Assembly: GCA_012295275.1 (NCBI GenBank)
Contig: CM022672.1
Coordinates: forward strand, 26,040,001-26,104,000
Origin: Chrysomallon squamiferum
Taxonomy: Eukaryota; Animalia; Mollusca
Reading direction: 5' to 3'
DNA length: 64,000 nucleotides
This document shows, in pieces, positions 1 through 13,421 of this stretch. How positions within the stretch are numbered: position 1 is the stretch's first letter; each line of letters starts with the position of its first letter. Position numbers and translations under genes: made by a program. The notes beneath the pieces were generated by a model. It was not told the DNA's origin, made no database searches, and was given only the letters and a program-made list of their open reading frames with translations.

Positions 1-795
1 CAAAATTAACAGTAATACATAAATAAATAAATAAATATCCCAGAATCCACTAATAACAAGAGATATTTAAATCCAGTCACAGAAGATAAAATATCTGCAG
101 AACCTCTGACTTTTATGCACGACAAATAACAAATAACACTGTTTCCAAACACTAACATTGGACCTGTACAAATAACACATATGTCAATTCAGTGCACACA
201 AACTGCTAAATGTCACAAACTGCTCTCAGTAATTACCAACACTCTCTTTAATAACCCAGAACACAGATTTTAGGATTTAAACAAAATGTAAATCCCATGA
301 GGGATTATTGATTCCACCTTTGATAGGTAGTCTGTTTGAAGGCAGGGAAAATCTGCAATAAGCCTATTGCTGTCATTATTGTCTGATTGTAAACACTGAC
401 CAGAAACACAGAAAGGTGATACTGTCATAGATATAATTTGTTATTAATACTTAGCTGATATACTGATCAATATGGCAGAGCGAGAGAAAAACAAAAACAA
501 AACAAAACATGAAAAAATGTTCAGCTTCATTATTGGGAAATACGATAAAGAGAATGGTTTTGATTTTATGTTGAAGATGAAAAAAAAAAATAAATAAATA
601 CCATTAAATTATTTTATGTTTTGAAAGTTATTTGTTTATTTATTTGTTTGTTTTGTTTAACATTATCTTAAATATTTTTTCTTTTATAATTTATTTATTT
701 TTTGTGTGTGTTTTATTGATAATCATTATTGTAATAATTAGATTGTGATGTATAAACACAAAATTACAGTTTGTAATTTTTAGTTAGTTATTATT

Positions 796-861
<66 letters not shown>

Positions 862-1209
862 GATTGTTGTTGTTTTTATTATAATTGCTACTGTTGTTAT
901 TGCTGCGTTTGTCATTGTCATTATTATTGTTGTTGTTATATTATTATGCTGGGTTTTTTAATTTTTATTCTCTACTTTTAATTTTTTTTTTATATTATTT
1001 AATTATTTATAATTTTATATATTCAGTTTTTGATTATCTTTATTTATATATTTATTTATTTATAATTTTATATATATTCATTTGTTGATTATTTTATATA
1101 TAATCATTTTTTGATTATTTTATTTATATATTTATTTATTTATTTTAATATATTTCTTATTATAATTCTTTATGTTAAATTTTATAATATCAGTATAAAA
1201 TAACAAATT

Positions 1210-1248
<39 letters not shown>

Positions 1249-2760
1249 CCTCTTTTAACTGCTGAATAAAATTTTAAAGAAAACAGTTTTTTTCCCCACT
1301 TTTTTCTCTTTTATTATTTGTTTTTTAATTTTTATTGACATATGTTATAAACATGCATCGTATAGATGCCAAGATGTATTTTAATATTTTCACTCAACAA
1401 CTTAATATTTAACAATTCTGCAAAAATACTAATACTGATTAAAAACCAGCATCAAACAACAAAAGGAGGAATATAATATTGCCACAGCAACAAGAGGAAA
1501 GAACATGCATATAGATTTTATCAGTTCCATTATTATGGCTACCATGGCAACAGACATTAAAGGACAATAACTTTTATTTTTATTATTCAGAACATCAGAG
1601 GTGTAATTAGTGATCTTTGAAAACTGCTGTCGTCAATCAATACTGCTGATGCACTTTCTTGTTTGATGAAAACAGGAGAGGTAAATTCAAGAGTTGAAAT
1701 ATCTAAACAGAACTACAACTCATTACTAATTTCTATCTGAAAGCTAAAGGGGTTTTCTCACTGTATAATTAATCATTCTGACTTATTTCATGCAGGTCCA
1801 CTAAGTTAAAAAAAACAAAACACACAGAATCTAATATCTGATCTAAGAAATATCAATGGAGGCTGTGATGGGTAGAGTAGATTAGTGAAATCTTCATTTT
1901 GGTAAGCACTTGCTGAATGGTGCTGTGAGAAAATGCATGTCTCAGACTAAACTTATCATTTAAATGTTTTCACTACACTGCTCTGTGTGTACAACATGTT
2001 AAAACAATCTGTTACTTAATAAGAATCAGTTAAACAATAATGAAAATGGGCATCCAGTAACATAACTTTCAACTTGACAATCCATTATTTATTTATTTAT
2101 TTATTTTAGTGTAATTATTTGTATGTTACATGTTTTATTAACTTTTTATTCAGAAACCAATTATTTCAGATAATGGGTAGTTAATCTGATTGTATCAAGA
2201 TGATGACATGAGAGATGTCAAAATGAAGAAAGAGTTGCTAAAAGGAAATGGGAGTTTATTACAGAGAACTGCTGATGACTGCAGTTAAAACTGATGTACA
2301 TAATCCACACTGTAACCCTAATTATAAATGATTCACATTTTAGCTTGGATGACAGCTGTGTGAAACATGGTTGCAAATAACACTTTAGTTTTTTGTAGAC
2401 CATTTTTCTTGTAATGAAATTCAAGAGACTGTCACAGTCCTTATTTCTTAATCTGGATTCTGGATCTGCTGATAAAAACTTGTGCCCAGCCTTCTAAATG
2501 TTTAATAAGGCTGTATAACCAAGTTAACTTAACTGATATTTCACTTTAACAACCTTCTTGGAGTCTGTTTTATACACACACACACAGACATAGACACACA
2601 CATACACACATATCACTCACAAGCACACAACAACAATGTACAAACACAAACACACACACAACACACACAACAACTGCAACAAAATCAACAGAGACATACA
2701 AAAATGAATTTAAATTATTTTTTCTCTAACTTTCTTAATGAAAAATTTAGAAACTGAAAC

Positions 2761-3668
2761 CTTGCGAGGTGGTTTTCGAGGTCTCTTTTTGACAACAGCG
2801 TAGAGAGATTCCTGTGATGTGGAGGGCTGTGGACTGGACTCGTAGTCTGGGAGAGGCTCTGGGTCTGAGGAGGGGACTGGGGGTGGGTCATAATCTGGTA
2901 CTGGCTCTGCAGAATTCTGTTCTGTAGAAATAGTTACCCTGCAAATAAACAAAACCACCAAAGTTACATAAGGCTCATTAAACAAAGAAATTCATTAGAG
3001 ATGGTTGCTCTCTAGATTAAAAACTGCAAGATACAATTTATGAAAACTTCCATACCTTTGGAATATTATATATCAAGGTGTACCAGTTATGAATCAATGG
3101 TTTTGATATACATTAACCCAACTGGAGTGGGTAAGAGATCTAGAGGTTATTTATGAACTGTAGGTTATTTATAAATGTGGATAAAATTAAAATGTGGTTT
3201 AAAAAATAAAATCTTTTATTTGTTTCTTTTTTGGCTGTTGCTGTGCTTCTTTTTGTATTTATTTATTTATTTATTTATTTATTTACTTTAGATAATTGTT
3301 TCTCTTTATTTTCTAGTTTAATATAATCTGTAATTATAAAGTAACCAATTTTGCTGACATTTTAAAAATATATTTCTGTTGTCATGGACACTTAATGAAT
3401 GAATGAACATGTGAATAAAATGAAACATGCACTGGCTTTTGTATATCAGTCATGTGGTGGTAAGTTAGGATTATTAGTAAGGAATTATTTTTACACATAT
3501 TATCAACAGATATGAAATACTTAATGTAACTTTTGTTTTCAGTAATGAGGCAATGGTTAGAATTGGAAAAGATTCCCATATATCATGACAAGTGAAATTG
3601 TGATTTTTCTAATAAAAATAAATAATTGCATACTAATAACCTATGCTGTAAGGTGCAGTTATAGAAAA

Positions 3669-3737
<69 letters not shown>

Positions 3738-6700
3738 TTTTTTTTTATTATTATTATTTCAAATTTGTGTTATATTCTAAAGATAATTTTGAACAAAAAA
3801 GATTTTTTTAAATTATTTTTTGGTGGTGAAGAGTTTTTGTGTAACTGTTATGATGATGATGATGATGATGGTGTTTATTTCTAATAGTGTATGAAAAAAT
3901 GTTAAAAAACCCCAGTCATGTAGATATTTCACAAACCTTTTTTTCCTATCAGATCCTTCTCTGCAAGAACACAATTAACAAATACATTAACTTTACTTCA
4001 ACTAACAAATTTCAGATCATCACCCCAACCCCAAAATGTCTGCCATTTAAAGTGATAACTGTTAACTAACAAATGTTTTTCACAAATTGCAATTTTGGGA
4101 ATTATTTTTTAGAGAGAAGATTATTAAAATACAAAATATAACGGCTGCTATTTATAACTGTAACTTTAATTATTACAGTATAAATATTAATCTGTTTGTT
4201 ATTTAATATAATGTATCAAGACAATCCAGTTTAAAACTGACCTCTCTAAAGCTGGGGTAGTCAGAGTGTCAGTGTTTTGATGTGCACAGATCTCCACCCC
4301 ACTGTCATCACTGGGATTATCTTCTCCCTGGAAGAATAAACATAATCTATAAATAATACAATAGATTAAACGGCATAATACATATACAGTAACTATGTGT
4401 GTAATATTTAATTTTATATACTATTTGTATATGACATTATGACATTTACATTTATTTATATTTTTTATGATAAAAAAAACATAATAATTCTTTAGCAAAA
4501 AAGAAAAAAAAAAGAAAGAAAAAAAATCGATGGGAGATAATCATATCAAAGGGAGATAACCATACCAAAGGGAGATAACATTTTAATAAACATCTCCATG
4601 TATGTTTATTAGTATGTCTGTATGTGCATGTTTGTATATGTGAATGTGTATGTCTGTATCTGTGTGTGTATATCTGTATGTATATCTATAAAATTATCTC
4701 TGTGTGTGTGTGTGTGTGTGTGTATGTCTCCTAACACAGGTAAGCATTTCTCACCTTTCCTGGCTGATGTACCTGCACAGTGACGATGTTATTCACTGCT
4801 GCAGTTGGTGCTGCTGGTGGTGTGAAGCGAAATGATGGAATGGGTGAACGTGTTGCCACCGGTGATTTTGACCTTGACCTTACTCTGGTGTGAAGATACT
4901 TGGGCTGAGTTAAACTTAGGAACTTTTCAGGTTGACGTGAATTTTGACTTTTGTTGTTTGATGTTTCTGACTAAATAAATAGATAAAGCAATAAAATAAC
5001 TAGTTTTGAAAATATACCACAGAAACTGAAAGCAGTGTAGTTAATGGTTTTGAATATTCTGATATAACATGGATTATGTTTTAAAAATAATGTAAATAAT
5101 GTATTGATCGTCTGTGCTGTTTGTCAGATTGTCATCTTCAATAACAAAACTCAATACCTCTGGCAACTGATCAGGTAACTGGTCATTTCCATCTAGTAGT
5201 TCTCCATTCACATCACTGACCACTATTTCATGGTCATTGTTAAACTGACCAAGACTCATTGTCAGAGATTTGTTATTTCCTGGTAATGCCTGGAGAAAAA
5301 AAAATAAAAATTGTAACACAAATATTTATCAACATTGAGAGATTTTTAAAGCATCCAAATTAATGTTTGTTACAAATAAAAAACTAAAATGTTTCAAATA
5401 TTAGTTAAATTGAAAAGCATAAAATGCTGTGTCATATAATTAAACTGTATTATTTAATGGTAGTTCTCAGATTCAGACCTGATAGCTGTAGAGAAGACAA
5501 TCATTAAAAATGTGGGGTAAAATAGCTGAAGAGAGAGATAAAAGAAAAGGGACAGGATTTAAGGAGGAGTGTGATAGACAAAAATGGCAAAAACTGCAGG
5601 GTGGTTTTAGGTGATATGTCATCTAGTTAATGTTTTTAGTTTATAGAAAATAAATATGAAAAATAAAATCAAAAGTAGGTTTCTCTTAAAAAGTTTCCAA
5701 TGATACTTTAAATTTGTTCTAAGGTAAAAAACGTACCAATGTTTTCTTTTTAGGAAGTGAGTTGAATGTAATTGGTTCCATCATAATAGGCTGCTTGTTG
5801 TTTGCACTTCTCTGAAATTAATCAAACACAATTTGACTTGCATATACTTCAAACATGTCAGTAATTCTTTTTCTTAACCAACCATCCTGGAAAAGTAAAT
5901 GAGAAACAACATCTGGAAATAAATTTAACATCTGGAAGCATTTTACTTGTCTTTCAGAAGTTTGAATTAACTTCATTTTATTTCAACTTTATCTCACCAG
6001 AAAATCATTAAAATTAATTTCAAAACTCTTACCTCTGCCGAAAAAAGAGTTCTTCTGTTTTTGTCTTCAATAAATGGCTGCCCACTGTCATGTGATATCA
6101 CAGATATAGAATCAGGAATCACCGAAAACTTCTGACCAATCTGAAAATTAAAAACATGGGTAACTATTAATGATTATCAACTTCCTGATACATACACTTT
6201 AAAAAAAAGAAATCTGGAATGTTAGAACATTTTTCAAAAAGAGCAAACAAAAAAAAAAAAAAAAGAAGAAGAGCTCATTTTTTGATTTTACAGTTATTTA
6301 TGGTAAATAATAAATACATACTCTTTTTAAATCTGCTTCCTTTCTGAGAACCAGTGTATCAAATCTGTCGAGTTCTCTTGGAGTTATCAGTGTGCGAATA
6401 TCTGACAACAGTGTGAACTGAGCAAAACAAAACATTATTTGAAAATCGTAATATTTGAAAAAAATAAAAAAAATTAATTAATTAATTAATTAATTAGTTA
6501 ATTAATCACTAACAATTAAAAATAATCCTGTTATTTCGTACAAGTTTCAGGATAACTGTAAATTTAAACATTCAGAAAACAATTATTAGTCAAATTTAAG
6601 CCCCCGAATTTCCAAAGACACAGTCTTTGCAGGCTTTTTAACAGTTTAATTCTGACTACAAATAAATTCATTAATTTAAAAAAAAAAAAAAAAGACAAAA

Positions 6701-9700
6701 ATAACAATATTTTTCTTATTTACTGAAAAAAATTACAGAATATTTCCTTCTTAATTTTAAACACTGAATATTATTATTTTTTTATTTTTTTTTTTTTTTT
6801 TGGTGAAAAGAAAATCAAATCAAATCAAAAGAAAAAAGAAAATTGCTCTGACCTTTGCCTGAGTATTAAGGAGCTCAAACAGAGCACAGACCAGTCCATC
6901 AACTCCTACAGCTCCTTTCTCGTATTCACGGAGGTAATATCTCAGAGTTGCTTGTTCTGTGTTGTTTAACAAGATCCGAGCCTGCTGCTCTATGACATCA
7001 TGTGATTGCCATGACAACCCGTTTCTCATGAGCTGTGACCCTGCTCCTTTGGTGAACCCAATCTACAACAAGCATGTCATATAAAAATTTCTTAGTACAT
7101 TAATTAACACAAAAACTGCAACACCACAATAAATATTTCATTTTAAAAGCCAGTCTAAATGGAAAAAAAAAAACTAAAATCGACTGGTAATGTGAGGAAA
7201 TTTAAAATAATTCATAAAAATCAGTTATAAATATTCAGTTAAAAATAACATTTTATAATAGATATTATACTGTATTAAATATCTGTTTTGCAAATATTTC
7301 TGAACAAAATATGAAAGTATATACAGTGAAACATACTAAAGTATGACATATTAAAGGTGACTATGACAGACATATTACTGGTGACTGTCTGTACTACATT
7401 AATAGTGACTTTGACATGTTAATGGTGACATTAATGGTGACTATGACAGGATCATGGTGAATATTTACCCTGTTGTCACTGACCTATGTTATTGAGACTG
7501 TCAAGACTGGCAGATAATCTGCAATAGAAGAATTTTAATAAAACTAGCTTCACTCTGTAATGAACATTAAAAAATGCTTCATCCATTCATACAAATATAA
7601 CAGCTTAATAAGTTTCATATTGTTAGACAGAAAATGTTGAAATTTATTTTCTAATAAAGAAAATGAATTAAAATTAACTTATTATATTATTAAAATAGAT
7701 TTGGAAATAAACAGAGTTATATTTCATGACTGTTTTTAATTGTAAATATTTTGTTTATATATATATATATTGATCGATAGACAGAAAGACAGACAGACAG
7801 TTAAACAAACTGACTCATGGGCACATTTCATAGAGAAAGAGAAAGATATTTAAAGTATACATTTGGTAAAATGTACAAATGATCTAAACTAGTTATATAC
7901 ATGCTAGTCACAACCAATCTTTTCTAATAATAAAGTATTAAAACAGTCAAGATGATGCAAGAAGAGTATTTGTTCATACTTTTACAGGCACACTGCAATA
8001 TTTCTGTAATCTTTTTACCTTCCATTAATTAATTTGTTTTGGTGAGATGCATCATCTGGAAACAGCCATTTTGTTCTATCAATTGTAGTTTTTGCAAATG
8101 GCAGTTTGCCCACATCTTTTACAGTGATGACCATGTGTTTGGTGATTTTCAGTATTCGAACAGCATCCATGTGTGTGATGTCCAGAAAACTGTGCTTGTT
8201 TACATGGAGAATCTGGTCACCCACCTGAAAAACAAACAAAAACTGCATTAATCTCAAAACATTATTTATTTCTATTTATATCAATAGATATAGCCTACAA
8301 TAAAAAAATTTCCCATTTTTTAATTTGTGTTGTACAAGAAGCTATATTCATTATTCAGAAAAATGTTAACAATAATTATTATGTGTCTAACATAGGGTCT
8401 TTTTCTCTTTATTTTTTTAGATGACCTAGGAAATGTTATAAATTAACAGCAGTGTATCAAGAGGACTGATCACTGGACCCATCAAATGTCAAATAATGTA
8501 GTGATAGTTAAATAAAAATAATATCATAGATGTAGTTGTACTAGTAGTAGTAGCACTAGTAGAAATTGCAGTAGTTGTAATTGTAATAGCAGCAGTAGTA
8601 GTGTTAGTAGTAATAGCAATATTAGTAGCAGTAAAAGAAGAATAGTTTAAGTGGTAGTAGTAGCAGCTATAGCATTAGTAATAGTAGAAATAATAAAAAC
8701 AATAGTAATAACACAGATAACGGTTGCAGTTGTTGCAGTAGTTTTGGTATTGTTGCTATAACTGTTGAAACCTTAATTTTGTTTGTAATATATATTACAC
8801 AGAATGTGATAGATATAAGACTCTTTTAAATGATGTATACAGTATTCCCTTGCTATTCGCGGGGGTTACGTTCTTTACCCCCCGCGAATAGCGAAAAACC
8901 GCGAATATTGGATGCAGTTTTAAAACGTCTATTATGAGATTATATACGGTACTAAATGCTTCCCAAACACTTTCTAAAGACACTCTTACTCATTAATACA
9001 GTAATAATGTAGTAATATTGCAGTTATGTATTTCACTAATGTAGTAATGATAATGTAAACACATTTTAATGTTGTACTGAAACAATATTTTAATCAGAAA
9101 GAAACATAAGTGCAGGAGGACAGTAACACCACATAGCATAGTTACCCATACTGTATTACTGTACCGTAAAGTCATTTTCTATGCGTACAACATATGTATT
9201 AGAATTGACAGAAAGTGGAACAAATTTAAAGGCAAACAGACAGATAAATACAGTACGCACAGTTCAGGTAATAATAATACAATTCAGTAATAATATGCAA
9301 TTAAAAACATTATTAATACACAGTCACAAAAAATATGCACTGTACATACAGTGTATGCATTTATAAAAAGATACATACTGTATTGCAATAATAATTGAAA
9401 AAATTTGATATTGTTTGTGCTGTCACCAATAATGAATGATAATAAAATGATGATGAAATTTGCAGTGCCATACGATGATGATGATAACACTAATGTACAG
9501 TATGGCACAGCTTAGCTGCTGCTTTACAGCACTTTAGGTAATTATTCCTAGTCTTCAGGCACTTAAGTCTCTATGACCTACAAAAACCCGGTTTACCGAG
9601 CATTTGTTTTTATGACGTTATGACGCTAGCGTGGTATACCAGCATGTGATCACGATAGGGTTAAGAGCCTAACCCTTTAACCATGAATAGGTGAGGGTAT

Positions 9701-11309
9701 ACTGTACATGTTTTTGTTTATTAATTATTTACCTTGAGACCAGCATTTTCTGCCACTGAGAATGGATCTACTCCAGAAATGTAGATCCCAAGTCCGAATT
9801 CTCGTCCTCCTCTGACCATGAGTCCAAGACACTCTCCTTTCTCCACTATCACATTTACCTGAACAAATAAACACAGAATCATAGAAAAATTTATATATTT
9901 TTATAATCTGGAATAAATTAGCATGCAATTGTATTAGTACTGATACCGTAAAATTGATAATAAAGACTATTACATAATATGAAATAGCTAAAGAGAATTT
10001 CAAATTTCTGTGCAGCCTCTAAACTACTGTTCTGCTTGTTTCTAACAAGCAGTCTTTGCTGATCAATCAGGATAATGAACTGACTGTATCATAAAGATAT
10101 ATGAAACATTCTCCATTTTTACAGTAAGTGAAATATTAAAACAAAACTAAAAAATCTGCACAAGCTGAGTAAATCATTGCCCATTTTTACAGTTAAATAT
10201 TAAAATAAAACTTAAAACTCTGCACAAGCTGAGTAAAAACATTTTCCATTTTTACAGTGAGTGAAATATTAAAACAAAACTGCAAACATCTACACAAGCT
10301 GAGTAAATCATTGCTAACCTATCCTTTATTTACCATGGAAATATTTTTTATAATTTTGTAAATGTGATTTTGCAATAAGGATGAAAAAAATGTATGCATT
10401 CTTGCACCTTCACTAGTCTTCCATTTTGTTCGCAAACTTTATTATTAGCAAAGAATTTGTAGACTGTTTTGTTTTATTGTTTATAAATGAATAACAAATA
10501 TATAGTAATAGCAGAAGCTGAAGGTGTAGTTATTGTTGTAATGGTAGTAGTAGTAGTAAAAGATGCCATAACATCAGTATCAGTAGTAAAAGTATAGCTG
10601 TAATAAGTAGTGGTAGTATAGTAGAAGCAGTTGTAGTAGAAGTTGTAGTAGCAATAGTAGTAGTAATAAGATTAGTTTTAAAGTAGTGGTAGTAATAGTA
10701 GTAGTAATAAGATTAGTACTGAAGTAGTAGCAGTGATAGTAGCAGGAATAGTAGTAATATCAGTAGTAGTATCCAAAGAAGTATCCAAATTGTTATAATA
10801 AAGCAGCTATTTTGTCTAATTAATGATAATAATACAAGAACCTAACCAAACATTACTTTACAGAGAATAATAACAATATGGGTCTGAGATAAAAAATACT
10901 TCACAGAACTTTGTTTTAATTACCAAGTTCAAATCTTCCCAACAGCAATAACAACATAAAATCAGTGAGACAAGAAGCTAACCACTTTATTCGCAATCTG
11001 TGCTTTACTAAAACTTTCTGTTATCCACAGCCTTAACCTGATGTTCAAAGACACAGAGTGATGGAACAGCTGGTGTCAAATCAATATCTTGTGTGTACAC
11101 AACTAACACAACTGACTTCTTTCATACATCAGTGAGTAATTCGAAATCTGAGTTCAACAAAACCACCACACCAAAAACTCAAGGCAGTTTCTTTAAGTAG
11201 TGTGCAATATTCTTTAAAGTATATTAAAAAGTCAAATTTCAATAACATATGGTTACACCATGACCTGAAATATGAAAAATGTAACTGCTTGCTTACAAAC
11301 ACACACACA

Positions 11310-11390
<81 letters not shown>

Positions 11391-12630
11391 CCTAATTTTG
11401 CATTTTGATAAAGATATATCATTATATCAGTGCCATGGTTATATGAAGTAATATATTTTATAAATCAAATTGATTATTTTATTTCTCCAATCTTTATTAA
11501 AGAATTTCTTTCAATTCATTGTATTGTTTTCTGTTACAAATATTTTTATTTAAAAAAATCACTTAAAATACAACTCTACATGGAACAGAAATAACAGCTA
11601 TACATGCTCAAACAGAAAAATATTTAAAAAAAAAAAAAAATTAAATTAAATAATATAAAATTTAAAAAAAAAATATATATATATATAATAAAACTGTCTT
11701 TCTCTGTACATTTTTTCTACATTTGACTCATTCTAAATAATCAATTAAATACAATTAGTAACTTTAATTAAAAACATTTGACACGTTAAATTTAAGTACA
11801 TTCAACAAACTGCAGCAGAAAAGTTTATTGTAGTATATGAAATAAATCTGACATTTGAATGAGATTAAAATTCCTAAATTGTATTACACTGATATACTGT
11901 GATTTATTATTATTATTATTGTTGTTGTTGTTGTTGTTGTTGTTTGTTTTTTTATTATTGTTATTATTATTATTATTTTTATTAATACAGCTACTATCAT
12001 TACTACTCCTATTATGGTTATTATTATTTGTTATTGTTGTTTTTGTCACTTCTGTTCCTTTGTTATTATTATTAACATCATCATCATTATTGCTGCTACT
12101 GTTGTTGTTGTCATTGTTGTTACTGAAGTCAGTTCAAGGTCATGAAAATATCTACATTTTATTTACCTGAACACTAACAAACTATCTGACATTTTCAGCA
12201 GAATAAAAGTGTTTAACATCTGAAATACTAAATGTATTTCCAATAATCCTGTTGCAAGCTGAAAAATATATAACAATAACTGTTATATAATTTTAAACAG
12301 CAGGGGAGATAAACTCGCAGAACTATATGAGAAACAAACACATGTGGAACATTCTAGAATTTCTCCAAATAATGCAAAATTGATAAGAAAATAATTAAGT
12401 TGCCTTTTCATGAATTATTAAAATCTAATTAGAAAGAAAGTCAAGGGCCTGTGATGTGCTTAGAGTTACGGTTATTGATTACTTGCTGATTTTCGTTCTG
12501 TTTGTTCTATGCAGTAACAGGTGTTACAAAGACCAGCTTTACTCTATTAATAATCCACTGACAACAGTCTCAGAATAAATTAAAATATGTAAACAAGTAA
12601 ATCTAGGTAAATCTTTCATTTAGAGGGTGG

Positions 12631-12694
<64 letters not shown>

Positions 12695-12737
12695 TGTGTG
12701 TGTGTATGTATGCATATGTATGTACTGGTTTGTGTGA

Positions 12738-12789
<52 letters not shown>

Positions 12790-13390
12790 ATATATAAACA
12801 ACTGGAGCACTGGCAGGTATGGATGGAAATTTAAAGCTACTTACTTACATACATATATAAATATTCATATTCTCATGCACCTGTATTTATACTTATGATA
12901 CATATTCATACACAGATATAACAAAGACAACTGACAGTCAGCAGATACATATACACATTTACATAAACCTCTTATAATATGGAGGGCAGATGACAGTCTT
13001 GTTGTGTAAAACATATGAAGAGTTTGTTTGTAAAAGGGCTTACAGACTTCTTATCACCATTAAAAAAAAACCACAACAAATGCTGAAAATCCTATAAGTT
13101 CTTTCATACCAGTGGTCCTTTTCTGTTGGTTGTCAGTTATTTTACAACTAAGTGATTTTGTCAACAAGAAGCAAAGGTTAATTATGCAATTTTGCCAAAA
13201 ACATATCTAAGCTTTTTTTGCAACTGAGCTCTTCATTTACTAATGGAAAATTTTACTGAGAACCCTCTAATTAATACACACTTCTTTACAAACAAAATAT
13301 GTGTGTGGCTGTGTGAGTGTGTGTGTGTGTGTGTGTCTTTGTGTGTGTGTGTGTGTCTATGTGTGTGTCAGTGTGTCTGTGTGTGTCAGT

Positions 13391-13421
<31 letters not shown>

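Noticed and set aside
1-2700. Further whirlin exons (PDZ3)
   Set aside because: No PDZ motif or convincing in-frame exon was found; treated as intron with the gene continuing past the window edge.
10108-10313. Regularly spaced repeats as a possible CRISPR-like array
   Set aside because: The whole unit is repeated with no unique spacers, there are no cas genes, and it lies in a eukaryotic intron.
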